A DNA stretch of 53,213 nt from positions 1-53,213 of the IMG/VR virus record IMGVR_UViG_3300012942_000008. One strand, given 5' to 3'. The position numbers were made by a program, and so were the translations under genes. Below are positions 11,101 to 18,451 of this stretch, piece after piece (the first letter of the stretch is position 1; each line of letters opens with the position of its first letter). This stretch comes from a virus (taxonomy: Duplodnaviria > Caudoviricetes). The notes below the pieces were generated by a model. The model ran no database searches, had not been told where the DNA came from, and saw only the letters and a list, made by a program, of their open reading frames with translations.

Positions 11101-13497
11101 TATCAACATTACGTGCCTCTGCGCGGAAAGCGCAGTGATGCCGATGAGGTCAACGAAACACGGGGCGGTTTCGGTGCCGGCATGAACATCAAGGGCAGCC
11201 CGGTGCGTCGCGCACTGGGTCGAGGCAAGAGCAACGTCGCGCCGCCGCACATCCTTGGCGAAGTCATCGGGGATGCCCAGCGCGCCATCATCCAGGCGGA
11301 GAAGGCGAGGGTAGGGCGTGCAGTGTTGAAACTGGCGACCGAACATCCGAATCCAGACGTGTGGCAAGTTGAGCCCGTCGATCTGGAATGGAAGTTCAGC
11401 GAAGCCACCGGCGAGGCGTATCTTGGCACCCGCAAGCCAAGCAATGACCAGGACGTATTGACGGTGGTGCACAAGGGAACTCCGTACCACGTCCGGCTGG
11501 TGGATCCGCGTCTGCAGCAGGCCATCCTCAACACCGACCCCGTGCATGCCGAAGTGCTCGTGCGTTGGGTGGGTAAGCTGAATCGCTGGCTATCTGCGAC
11601 CTTCACGCGTTACAACCCGGCCTTCGTCCCCGTCAACATGGTCCGTGACACGCTACTCGGCACGGTGGGCATGTCGGTTGAGCACGGACCGAAGCAAGCC
11701 GCGGAAATGTTGGCGCACTACCCGGCGGCCATGCGCGCCGTTTGGCGCGATTTCGGACATGCGTCCGGGGATGCCGGCGTGCCGGATCAGCAAAAGTCCA
11801 TGAACGACTGGATGCGGGAGTTCGCCGAGCACGGCGGTACAACCTCCATCGTGCACTTCGACACGCCCGAAGAGCTGTCGCGCAACATCGCCGACAGCGT
11901 GAAATCGGGTCTCGAAATCCTTGGCGAAACCACCTTGATGCAGCCCAGCACATGGAGCCGACCACTGACGGCAGCCGGCCGCGCGCTTCACGTGCTGCAA
12001 CCCGTGGTGGATGTGGTCGAACGCACGAATGTGGCCACCGAAAACGCCATGCGCTTGGCGGCCTATGTGACACGCCGCAAAGCGGGTGCAAGCGCGGATG
12101 CCGCCGCGGCCTACGCCAAGAATCTGACCGTCAACTTCAATCGAAAGGGGCGCTGGGGCGGCGTGTTGAACAGCCTGTTCCTGTTCTACAACGCCAGCCT
12201 GCAGGGCACGCGCCGCATCTACCAGCTGGCGAAGGATCACCCCAAAGCCATCGGTGCCTTCCTGGGCAGTTTGGCGGCGCTCCAGGCGCAGCAGGCCTCG
12301 GTGCTTATGTCGCGCAAGAACAAGGACGGTATCTCCGACTGGGACGCGATTCCGGAGTGGAAGAAGTCCACGGCGTTGATTATCGCGTTGCCCGGCGGCG
12401 GTAACTACTTCGCGCTGCCGATGCCCTACGAGTTCGGCTTCATGACGTATGCCGGCGGCCGGCTGACCCAGGCCGCCATGGAAAATGAGCCCTCGCAACA
12501 CGGCAACATCGTGAACGACATGGGCGTCGCTTTCCTGCATTCGTTTTCGCCGGTCCCGCTGGAAAATGGCCTGTCCAGCCTAATTCCGACGCCCATCGAG
12601 ACGTTCATGGAGGTGCGTGCCAACAAGGACGACATGGGCCGCACCATCACGCCCGGCGAGGATGAGGGCGCCTACCAGAAGCCTGCATCGTCACTGGGCA
12701 CGCCGGGCGTGGCCGCCCCCTACGTGTGGCTCTCCAAGTTGCTCAACCGGGCCGGCGGCGGCGACCCGCAGTGGCGCCCGCCAACCCTGGCCAGCAGCAT
12801 TACCGACGTGAGCCCGCAGGCGCTGCAACACATCTCCGACACGTTCCTGGGCGGCCTGGGCAGTTTCACCAGCCGGAGCTGGGTGAGCCTTCAAAAGGCG
12901 CTCGCCGGCAATTACAAGACCGCCCAGAACGGAACCGTGGCGACGAATTGGACTGCGATGGCGCGTGACCTGCCGATACTGAACCGCTTCGGCTGGCAGA
13001 CCAACACGAACAGCGCACGCGCCGATCGGTATTACGACATCAAGGACGACATGGAACGGGCGAAGTCGGAGATTCAGGCTCACCTGGACCGTGGAGACAT
13101 CGCTGGAGCTCAGCAGGCGGCCCGCGAAGCGGGCATTTTCGGCGATGGCTGGACCATCAAGACCAACCAGGATGGTTCACCAGCCCTGCGAACCAAGTAC
13201 ATCGATGGGCGTCCCGTGCGTACCTACCAGATGGCTGCGGTGCCCGGAACCATGGCAGCCGCGTACAAGGAAGCGAGCAAAGGCCTAAGCTACTACGACC
13301 CCAATGCGGGCCAGACGGTCAAGGCGCAGCTGGGCGTACAGGACTTCAATCGCCTGATTCATGCCGATTACGGGCTGAGCGGCAGCGAGCGTGAACGCGA
13401 TATCAAGGCGCTGCAGGATTCGCGCGGCGGCCTGATGGGGGCCTTCCTGCAATTCTACGAACAGCGAAAGAAACAGGTCCCCACACCGGCCAAGTAA
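5179..13497 (+). CDS. Giant polyvalent ejection protein (2772 aa): zincin metallopeptidase-like, two ADP-ribosyltransferase-like domains, LPD3/BECR-like insert, C-terminal LPD38-like region
   Basis: HEAGLH...EEAMAY (~8197); YHGT...GHGIYF...NYVIWD (8626-9330); FKRWFG...VYHGT...GHFF...GYDGI...QIKSA..NRGTFD (9400-10425); IPEWKK...FALPMPYEFG (~12350). Confidence 0.75.
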   Translation: MANPYDQFDTPAASPAPVPANPYDQFDALPALPAGAYQMPAADDVPHLTAQGALADVPTNQDVQALQHDQAAVNYAADQGTPSPFVTASPLVSALRASPSQSFDAQFGQGAAQQYLTADTNAPATDAAPSMFSGDWWKQQLGAMGEQPYGTGAGYLIDNPVTRGLGLAAADTDMGLSYLAGRGAAALGLTGAQRYFGGEVAADKAKAAALTAPKDAGVGSLITQGVSNLGGQLAIGGLTGGAAPEVSAASGLARTGLMDAAKGAVLNPSTRMAATLGVSQAGSEAAQLQAEGKPVSATDLASMAAANTAANLVPLAGRWSLPARVASGALVGEATNEAGNVAAGRPMGTGAVMATGMGAALGVLPGHGASSLADERAALAAQIQFGNRVDFLRDAVARQDFDERMGQAAQQHGGSVPPEVASQLAQTVADAHGTSVEALASAPASPAEAGAAAADQMLAESAQAVAPESVASESATVPTPRGTAEPLAPDLAPRTPELPQVAPDVSRDDLVQQWRQARTDGERADAAARIAAFDQQKQAQPPEPAAVTAEDTSPTTPPDGGVSASGEANPYDQFDDDTLAAQSDDDSPPWWLAAQQEAAQQEASQTAAPSAADDRPLVESMRPEIGWDTMGGRIIREADTGGEKPEVVGRTPWVGKPGPDGEESQFWRNRPAEGGKISEKAAHAALDKYAAGQPLNAKESRFVDYARQSAQDYEAARQRAEAEFQQDQNDMDAAGHVQAHQALADEGVHYNPADHQDALTLSQWVQRAHDAGVPAEKIIDATWGGSSADQARQLANHINEAEAQRGTDTGTASIRRGGDLETDREGQAAAGAEVAEPRPDSTFELVPEGARTEEPRQQVAQQSGLFAEPTADERNRAAIEAKDAERNGLAGGRDDTGDGGLFDGDRPEQTRIPEPPRASRGTAESEAPAFTPEQVRGHARKAWGNRFIAKLERAGVLHFITTDDAIAQGLGSADDLRGVKGLYHDGRAYVLTDQVRDASHVPGIILHEAGLHFGYDNLTTPAERQALRNRVNRALAVGDPDMVRAWRHAEKVGTPARAMHEEAMAYLAENSPSHGIVARLLDAVKRGLNRAGVPMGLLESDSDAIRRTARDMLRRAAKPEKGRSASVDEHGTHDWRASTVGGSPVFSRAYHGTPHRGIEKEGFRLDKIGSGEGNQSYGHGIYFAGNRKVAEHYRTGLSERGFTNAAREAYDQYDSPAEAERALLAIRGLSDSQKDLIRALKKDDWLGFDYPHQAIRAALREPHNFEMSPETQDALRKQGQLYHAEIPDDHELLDWDKSLSEQPEKVRAALASIPGLRQALGRIFVHMPWDEHSGASAYRQISKLTGGDRSASEKLNAAGIPGLRYLDGASRHAGEGTHNYVIWDPSRLNNDVTPYYSRYADNQTASPEFKRWFGDWQAAAMEQRFDSLQPTAIHVPEDWRGLSLINLRERVRSALEELAASGEPLHHPEIGDVEVNRNTGVKKPLSSSRDPTKLYVLGDLRRAFEKSIYASESKPAGNEPNVAAYEKLLAKVDIEGKPLAVVFTVRRMRDGRQFYNAVTLEHEKTPAVSPRDTPANGEHATSANTGVSTFVRRQLERVNQDDVSKVVDDHGRPKVVYHGTGDGFWSFNDARLGESTAHMTAPLGHFFAESKGSAERYAENASRGVPADQRVIDAHLAIRKPFNMTTDDLLRIESPDESRAIKRQLQAQGYDGIHITDAHQWVAFDSRQIKSASANRGTFDASNPDIRYSRDLLGDDDSPAGKVRRDAAIARQSALSQLAAEGYGQGAIGWDGNPNEYKGWRAGVQSATASLADRYDPVKQVQRAIAGGDADAVADDENVYRLENLMHGRVGDRLDMLDRGAVKPLIKSMKQMHVSSALLNDYLLARHAPERNARIASINPAMKDGGSGITTQQARDIMAGRADGVYSGQRITDENRPKLEMLAKRVDRIRDQTLDVLEGSGQVTPGLAAQLRKTYQHYVPLRGKRSDADEVNETRGGFGAGMNIKGSPVRRALGRGKSNVAPPHILGEVIGDAQRAIIQAEKARVGRAVLKLATEHPNPDVWQVEPVDLEWKFSEATGEAYLGTRKPSNDQDVLTVVHKGTPYHVRLVDPRLQQAILNTDPVHAEVLVRWVGKLNRWLSATFTRYNPAFVPVNMVRDTLLGTVGMSVEHGPKQAAEMLAHYPAAMRAVWRDFGHASGDAGVPDQQKSMNDWMREFAEHGGTTSIVHFDTPEELSRNIADSVKSGLEILGETTLMQPSTWSRPLTAAGRALHVLQPVVDVVERTNVATENAMRLAAYVTRRKAGASADAAAAYAKNLTVNFNRKGRWGGVLNSLFLFYNASLQGTRRIYQLAKDHPKAIGAFLGSLAALQAQQASVLMSRKNKDGISDWDAIPEWKKSTALIIALPGGGNYFALPMPYEFGFMTYAGGRLTQAAMENEPSQHGNIVNDMGVAFLHSFSPVPLENGLSSLIPTPIETFMEVRANKDDMGRTITPGEDEGAYQKPASSLGTPGVAAPYVWLSKLLNRAGGGDPQWRPPTLASSITDVSPQALQHISDTFLGGLGSFTSRSWVSLQKALAGNYKTAQNGTVATNWTAMARDLPILNRFGWQTNTNSARADRYYDIKDDMERAKSEIQAHLDRGDIAGAQQAAREAGIFGDGWTIKTNQDGSPALRTKYIDGRPVRTYQMAAVPGTMAAAYKEASKGLSYYDPNAGQTVKAQLGVQDFNRLIHADYGLSGSERERDIKALQDSRGGLMGAFLQFYEQRKKQVPTPAK

Positions 13498-13612
13498 CGG
13501 CGCCGAAGATGACGATCCAGATGCAGACGCCGGACAGCGCCGCGAACGCGACGCCCGAGACGAGTGCCATCGGGATAGCGGCAACGAACCACAGGGCGTC
13601 GCGAAATCGCAT
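13403..13612 (-). CDS. Possible small membrane protein
   Basis: 69-aa ORF with two hydrophobic stretches; overlaps the 3' end of the giant gene. Confidence 0.3.
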   Translation of the reverse strand: MRFRDALWFVAAIPMALVSGVAFAALSGVCIWIVIFGAVTWPVWGPVSFAVRRIAGRPPSGRRANPAAP

Positions 13613-13632
13613 GCGCTGAAGCTACCACGGAA

Positions 13633-13878
13633 ATGACTATGCCGATTCCCCCTCAAGCACCCTTGACCTACGGCGCCGCAGCGACGCCCAGCCTCACCAA
13701 GCTGGCGCCTCTTCCGCAGCCGGCGACGCCTCAGGCGGCCGGCCTGATGGGCGCGGCATCACGGTCGGCCGCGCAGATGCCCCACGTCGGCGTGGCGCGA
13801 CCGGTAGCCCCGGTCAACCCCCAGCTGGCCGGCGCCGCACCGGCACAACTTCCCGCCATGCGCCTACCGAAAATGTAG
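13633..13878 (+). CDS. Small Pro/Ala-rich hypothetical protein
   Basis: Last ORF before the terminator; carries the GLMGAA motif seen in ejection proteins. Confidence 0.5.
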   Translation: MTMPIPPQAPLTYGAAATPSLTKLAPLPQPATPQAAGLMGAASRSAAQMPHVGVARPVAPVNPQLAGAAPAQLPAMRLPKM

Positions 13879-13997
13879 GTATTTCCTGACTTCCCGGCGC
13901 CGCGCAATGCGGCATTCTGATCACGCCCGGGAAGTCTGGCCCCTGAAATCCAATGAACTGGGCGCGGCCGTATTTAGTCCCCCTGAATTTGGCCGTC

Positions 13998-14020
13998 GGC
14001 CCCCGAAAGGGGGCCTTTTT
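13998..14020 (+). terminator. Rho-independent terminator
   Basis: GGCCCCC-GAAA-GGGGGCC-TTTTT. Confidence 0.85.
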
Positions 14021-14136
14021 CGTGCCTCTGGACCCCGTAGAAATAAGCGCCCGAAGCACGAACGATCAACCACTTGCGGCATTCCACGCCGTACAAATAA
14101 CAGCCCGCAAACCGCGCCGTTATCGATTTCTGCATC

Positions 14137-14184
14137 AGACTTTTAATCTATTGGTCCCGAGTTCGAATCTCGGACGGCCCACCA
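14137..14184 (+). mobile_element. attP: attP core: 3' half of tRNA-Lys(UUU)
   Basis: AGA-CTTTTAA-TCT anticodon arm, GTTCGAATC T-loop, ends CCCACCA; no 5' half; adjacent to the integrase 3' end. Confidence 0.88.
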
Positions 14185-14195
14185 ATATATTCAGG

Positions 14196-14225
14196 CGCTT
14201 GGGGAAACCCAAGCGTCATTTTTTT
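14196..14225 (+). terminator. Terminator that would follow the reconstituted host tRNA
   Basis: CGCTTGGG-GAAA-CCCAAGCG followed by TCA and a T7 run. Confidence 0.65.
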
Positions 14226-14240
14226 GGGCACCCGTACAAT

Positions 14241-15383
14241 TCACCGTACAATCCCGTCGCCAGCCTGCTCAACCACAGGCACTTCATGGTCATAGCGTTT
14301 GACCATGCCCGGGTCGACATGGCCCCCTGATTTCTTGTCCTTGGAATCGGTGATGCCCCGGTGCTTGAGGCCATGCAGGCTGAAGCGCTCCTCCGGCCTG
14401 ATCACCTTTTCTTGAATGGCCAGCTTCACGAAGCGCTGCCAGGCGCTGTCCAGGGTGGAGCGTTCAATCGGCCGACCTTCCTCGTTGACCAGCAAACGCC
14501 GCTGATCGGCTCGCATGGGCACGACGCGGCCCGCGCGCGACCAGATGGCTTTTCGGTAGGCCACAGCCTGCTCCCACACTTCATCGAGTTCCGGTGACCA
14601 GCGAGTGATGTTGTCGAGTGAACCTTTGCGCCGGTTCGTATGCACGCCATCGGGATGGTGGTGGGCGTCCGTGAGGGTCAGCACCTCGATGCCGCGCAGA
14701 CGACAGCGGTAGGCCAGCACCATGACCATCCAGAGGTATGGAGGGCACGATCCGAGCGAATGTCCCGTGAGTGCGCCGCGGGCGCGCGCGAAGGCAATCG
14801 TGGCGTTCATCGTGGCCACGGTCGGCATCTTGAACTGGCGTCGCTCTACGGCCGCGTCAAGCTCGTGCGCGGGATTGGCCCGCTCGCGCATCTTTCCCCG
14901 CTGCATACCCCAGGCGAAGAGCCGGCCGAGGTAGCGCTTCACGTGGTTCGCGGCTGTGGGGCGCGTGGCGCCGATCGTGTCGACCAATTGCTGCATGTCT
15001 TGCCGGCGCAAGCGGTCGACCATCAGCTGGTCGAAGGACACGCCTCGCCGCGTGGGGGTGCGGCTGAGCACCTTCATGCTGGCCTTGTAGCTGCGCTGCG
15101 TACCCTCAGAAAGTGCGGCCCACTGCGGCGATGCCATGAACTGCTGGTGCAGCCAGTCGATCGATCCACGGTCGACGTGCGCGAGCTCCTCGATGGATCG
15201 GTGGAGATCGGCCAGGGTTGCGGCCGCGCCGGCCAGTCGCTTCCGCCGCTTCCGGCCACCCTCATCGATGTGGGTGTACCAGACGCGGTCGCGCTGGTCC
15301 CAGTAGGCCTTGGGTGGCAGTTTGAGTTGGTCGACGTGGTCAGGGATGCTTGGATCGTACTGACGCGGGCGTCCGCGCTTCAC
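14241..15383 (-). CDS. int: Tyrosine integrase
   Basis: GTG 15383 overlaps the upstream stop; CRLRGIE, RRKGS, LHGLKHRG, GH, KRYD catalytic motifs; next to attP. Confidence 0.9.
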   Translation of the reverse strand: MKRGRPRQYDPSIPDHVDQLKLPPKAYWDQRDRVWYTHIDEGGRKRRKRLAGAAATLADLHRSIEELAHVDRGSIDWLHQQFMASPQWAALSEGTQRSYKASMKVLSRTPTRRGVSFDQLMVDRLRRQDMQQLVDTIGATRPTAANHVKRYLGRLFAWGMQRGKMRERANPAHELDAAVERRQFKMPTVATMNATIAFARARGALTGHSLGSCPPYLWMVMVLAYRCRLRGIEVLTLTDAHHHPDGVHTNRRKGSLDNITRWSPELDEVWEQAVAYRKAIWSRAGRVVPMRADQRRLLVNEEGRPIERSTLDSAWQRFVKLAIQEKVIRPEERFSLHGLKHRGITDSKDKKSGGHVDPGMVKRYDHEVPVVEQAGDGIVR

Positions 15384-15589
15384 AGGGTAGGCCCCTCGTA
15401 CATCCCGTCGTTCGCGCTCCGTTGCAGGCCGCCGGCGGCGTTGATCAGGTCGAGTGTCGTCCACGGCCCATCCTTCCCCCAGAAAAGCCGCACGCCCTGT
15501 TGGCTGAGACAGCGCTCAATGTCGCTGGCGCGCTGGTAGCCCGTGGCAGACTGCAGGTCTGCGGTGGTCAAAATGCCATCGTGATGCAC
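15380..15589 (-). CDS. Excisionase-like DUF4224 protein
   Basis: LTTADLQSATGYQR...L...GV; coupled upstream of int. Confidence 0.7.
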   Translation of the reverse strand: MHHDGILTTADLQSATGYQRASDIERCLSQQGVRLFWGKDGPWTTLDLINAAGGLQRSANDGMYEGPTL

Positions 15590-15617
15590 AATCAGTACCC
15601 TCAACAACCCTCGTGCA

Positions 15618-16049
15618 TCAGCCCTCCTTTCGGGTCACATAGACGTCGATATCGATCCCACTGGGCATCGGCTCCGGCTCGGGCTCACACTGCAGCGCTG
15701 CCTCAATGTCACCGGCAGCAAGGTGCAACCGGTAGTGGCGCACCAGTCGGCTGGCGTAATTGCGGCCGTACTTGCTCTGCGCATCACTGCGTCGGCGTGC
15801 GTGCGTACCGACACCGTGAGTCATGGGCCGTCCGTCGTGCGGCCGGAAATACCCTGCGTAACGCTTGCCGTCCGCCCATTGACCACGTCGGCAGGGCTCT
15901 CCGACGACAGCGCCGCATACGGGGCACGGCACAGCGATAACGCACATGTCGGTCAGGAGGTAGCGCCCGCGCTCGCTGGGCACCTTCACGAATGCGAGGT
16001 TGCCGACGGCATGGTAGGCGGTGAGCCCGATGTTGAGCGTAGCAGGCAT
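15618..16049 (-). CDS. Zn-finger hypothetical protein
   Basis: CPVCGAVVGEPC...H motif. Confidence 0.6.
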   Translation of the reverse strand: MPATLNIGLTAYHAVGNLAFVKVPSERGRYLLTDMCVIAVPCPVCGAVVGEPCRRGQWADGKRYAGYFRPHDGRPMTHGVGTHARRRSDAQSKYGRNYASRLVRHYRLHLAAGDIEAALQCEPEPEPMPSGIDIDVYVTRKEG

Positions 16050-16050
16050 G

Positions 16051-16965
16051 TCAATCGAGTCTCGTCTTGGGATGCGGGGCTGCGTTGAACTCAGCGAGCG
16101 TTACGCTGCCTTCCTCTGGGCATTCGTCGCACGACAGGTGTAGGCCGTATACCGTGACCCCATCGTCCTGAGTACACTCTCCGAACCACGCGGTGCAGTC
16201 GTAAAACGTTTCGCCCTCATTTGAGCCCGGGCCACCGAAGACCATTTGCGCGATATCGAAAGCCTCTGACGAAATGCTGATTTTCTCGGGCACGAGGGCC
16301 CAGCCATCCGGCACTGCGCAACGTTGCGCGGCTAAAGCATTCAGTGCCTTTTGCGCGATATGCCACGGCGTCCAATAGCCATCGTCGCACCGTCGCGAGG
16401 GCTGGCTAATCCCGTCAGGGAACCCCCAGCGCTCAAGCTTCACAGTAGCGCTTGCCGGGTCTTCGCCGAACGCGGCTTCCGGTACGGTGTAGTGTGGCGC
16501 TTGCTGGCCAAGCCACCTTTCGGCCTCGGTACGGAACGCCGGCGAGTCCACGTCTTGCGACACGGGCTCTGGCCACCGGCAGGCGAGAATGAAGCCATCG
16601 CGGTAGGCGTTTGCCAAGTGTGCGATCCAGCTCTGGCCGATTGACGATGCGCCAGGTTTACTCGACATTTCTCGCAGTGTCGGCGCGGCGGCTTCGAGAG
16701 CGGCGCGCTGCCCGGCAGCAATGCGTCTTGTAACCCTGCTGAATGAATCATCATTCTCGATCCAGCCAAGTGCAGATGTTATCCATGGAAGATCGATCGG
16801 TTCGCCGCATTCCGTCACCCCCTCCCGCGCTGCCTGCCGCTCGGTGAGCCATGCGCGGAGCATCGGTTCGATCATCACCATGTATTCCTTGACATCCGGC
16901 GGCCACGCGCAATCGCGCACGTCGGTCGCCATGTCAGATATCTGCTCGTCCGTGTAGGCGTTCAT
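16051..16965 (-). CDS. Mosaic early-region hypothetical protein (Ea/Ead-like)
   Basis: ATG after AAGGA; DGYWTPWH and VPDGWALVP segments typical of lambdoid early mosaic genes. Confidence 0.55.
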   Translation of the reverse strand: MNAYTDEQISDMATDVRDCAWPPDVKEYMVMIEPMLRAWLTERQAAREGVTECGEPIDLPWITSALGWIENDDSFSRVTRRIAAGQRAALEAAAPTLREMSSKPGASSIGQSWIAHLANAYRDGFILACRWPEPVSQDVDSPAFRTEAERWLGQQAPHYTVPEAAFGEDPASATVKLERWGFPDGISQPSRRCDDGYWTPWHIAQKALNALAAQRCAVPDGWALVPEKISISSEAFDIAQMVFGGPGSNEGETFYDCTAWFGECTQDDGVTVYGLHLSCDECPEEGSVTLAEFNAAPHPKTRLD

Positions 16966-17102
16966 GCTGATTTCCTTTTGGGCTTCGGTGGCAACGGATC
17001 TCGCCAGGGCATCGTGCTGCGCCCCCACGGGCTGTTCTTGCGGCCTTTGCGCCCAGCCGATGCCATGTCGTGCACGGGATGGTTCCCTTTTCGGAAAGTC
17101 AT
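16962..17102 (-). CDS. 46-aa basic hypothetical protein (MTFRKGNH...PKRKSA)
   Basis: Fills the gap between RT and the next gene, with ATGA coupling. Confidence 0.35.
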   Translation of the reverse strand: MTFRKGNHPVHDMASAGRKGRKNSPWGRSTMPWRDPLPPKPKRKSA

Positions 17103-17104
17103 GA

Positions 17105-18451
17105 TCAGATCCTGATGCGAAGGGCGCGCCCTTCGAGTCGATAGCTGAAGGTTCGCCGGACGTCAGTGAGCGGTCGCAGCCACGGGTTTCGACGGTGGAT
17201 GGTTTGTTGCAGGCGCCAGGTGTTCGCGTGGCGCATGTGGCCTTTGGAACTGGCCCAGATGGATTGCAGGTGCCGGAAGTCGTCGGGTGTACCTATGGCT
17301 TCGCGCCCGCGAAGATGCTCCGCACGCCACTCATTGAGCGCAGCGGTTGTGTGCTGCAGGACCCGTCGACGTACTCGGGTATGCGTCGGATAGGTCACAT
17401 AGCCAAGAAAGTCGATGCCGCAGGTCAATGGCCGTAGGCGAATGTCGTCTTTCAGTTCGAGTCCGAGTTCGTTGCGCAGGAAAGCGCGTATCTGCTCCAA
17501 CCACGTTTCCAGTTGTGCGCGATCACGGTGGATCAGCACCATGTCGTCCACGTAGCGCACGTACCGTTTCACGCGCAGTACACGCTTCACGTATTGATCG
17601 AGCGGATCGAGGTAGACGTTCGCCAAAAACTGGCTGCTGAGGTTTCCTGCCGGCATGCCGCAATTCGGTGCAGCATTTTCCAGCCGTTTGTACGCGGGCA
17701 CATGCGCCAGTTCTTCCGGCGTGCAACGGTAGATGACGCCGGTCTTCTCGACCGATTGGCGTAACAGGGCATGTGTGGCGTGCATGATCCACGGCGCCAC
17801 CTCGGCGCGCTCCAGGGGAGGCCTCATGCGGCGCCACAGCTTTTCGCGATTGATCGACGGAAAGAAGTTCTTGATGTCGATCTGGAGATACCAGCCACGA
17901 CCCTGACCACTGGCTACCTGTCGCGCGAACTGCTGCACACGCTGCACGGCCTTGTGACTTCCCTTCCCCTTGCGATTGGCGTAGCTGTCGAAAATGAAGG
18001 CTGGCTCGTACACGGCTTCCAGCGGCGGAACGATCGCGTGATGAACCACGCGATCCGCGAAATCCGGCGCATGAATTTGCCGAGCCTTCGGCCGCTTCAC
18101 GATGAAGCAAGTGGAGGGCTTTGGCTTCCAGGTGAAATTGTTGAGTTGTTGTTGGAGTTCCAGCAGGCGATCCATCCAACAGTGATCGAATCGGACCTGA
18201 TTGGCGCTTGCTACCTTGCCGCGGCGTGCTTTCACCAACGACTGATACAGCTCTTTGTACGTGACACCCTGACTCTCACTGGCGGGCAGCGGGCGGCACA
18301 CGGCCAAGGCCCGGTTGTGGTTGTTGCGGTTGTTCCTGTTGACGGTGCCCGTGTCGAAATTGACGTTCCACGCGTTGTCGGCAGGCGACGACGCTAACCC
18401 GGAAACTTGCGATCCCGCCGAGCGATCAAACAGATGGCGCGGCATCGTCAT
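17105..18451 (-). CDS. DGR reverse transcriptase
   Basis: KARRGK, DRVVHHA, DIKNFFPSI, GMPAGNLSSQ (DGR-type SQ), YVRYVDD, GIDFLGY; adjacent to TR and Avd. Confidence 0.95.
   Translation of the reverse strand: MTMPRHLFDRSAGSQVSGLASSPADNAWNVNFDTGTVNRNNRNNHNRALAVCRPLPASESQGVTYKELYQSLVKARRGKVASANQVRFDHCWMDRLLELQQQLNNFTWKPKPSTCFIVKRPKARQIHAPDFADRVVHHAIVPPLEAVYEPAFIFDSYANRKGKGSHKAVQRVQQFARQVASGQGRGWYLQIDIKNFFPSINREKLWRRMRPPLERAEVAPWIMHATHALLRQSVEKTGVIYRCTPEELAHVPAYKRLENAAPNCGMPAGNLSSQFLANVYLDPLDQYVKRVLRVKRYVRYVDDMVLIHRDRAQLETWLEQIRAFLRNELGLELKDDIRLRPLTCGIDFLGYVTYPTHTRVRRRVLQHTTAALNEWRAEHLRGREAIGTPDDFRHLQSIWASSKGHMRHANTWRLQQTIHRRNPWLRPLTDVRRTFSYRLEGRALRIRI
18278..18394 (-). repeat. DGR template repeat (TR), 117 bp
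   Basis: AAC-rich copy (ASSPADNAWNVNFDTGTVNRNNRNNHNRALAVCRPLPAS); differs from three VRs only at adenines. Confidence 0.95.

Larger units (their letters stand above)
14035..14252. repeat. Putative integrase arm-type sites CCGTA(C/G)AA x4
   Basis: Copies at 14035, 14089, 14232 and 14244 flank the att core. Confidence 0.6.

Noticed and set aside
13888-13950. Hammerhead ribozyme
   Set aside because: CTGATCA does not match the CUGANGA core and the stem geometry does not fit.
14137-14184. Functional tRNA-Lys gene
   Set aside because: The acceptor 5' strand and D arm are missing; it is the att core.
17105-18451. Group II intron, retron or Abi RT
   Set aside because: The SQ motif, adjacent Avd and A-specific TR/VR pairs identify a DGR; there is no maturase/endonuclease tail or msr-msd.
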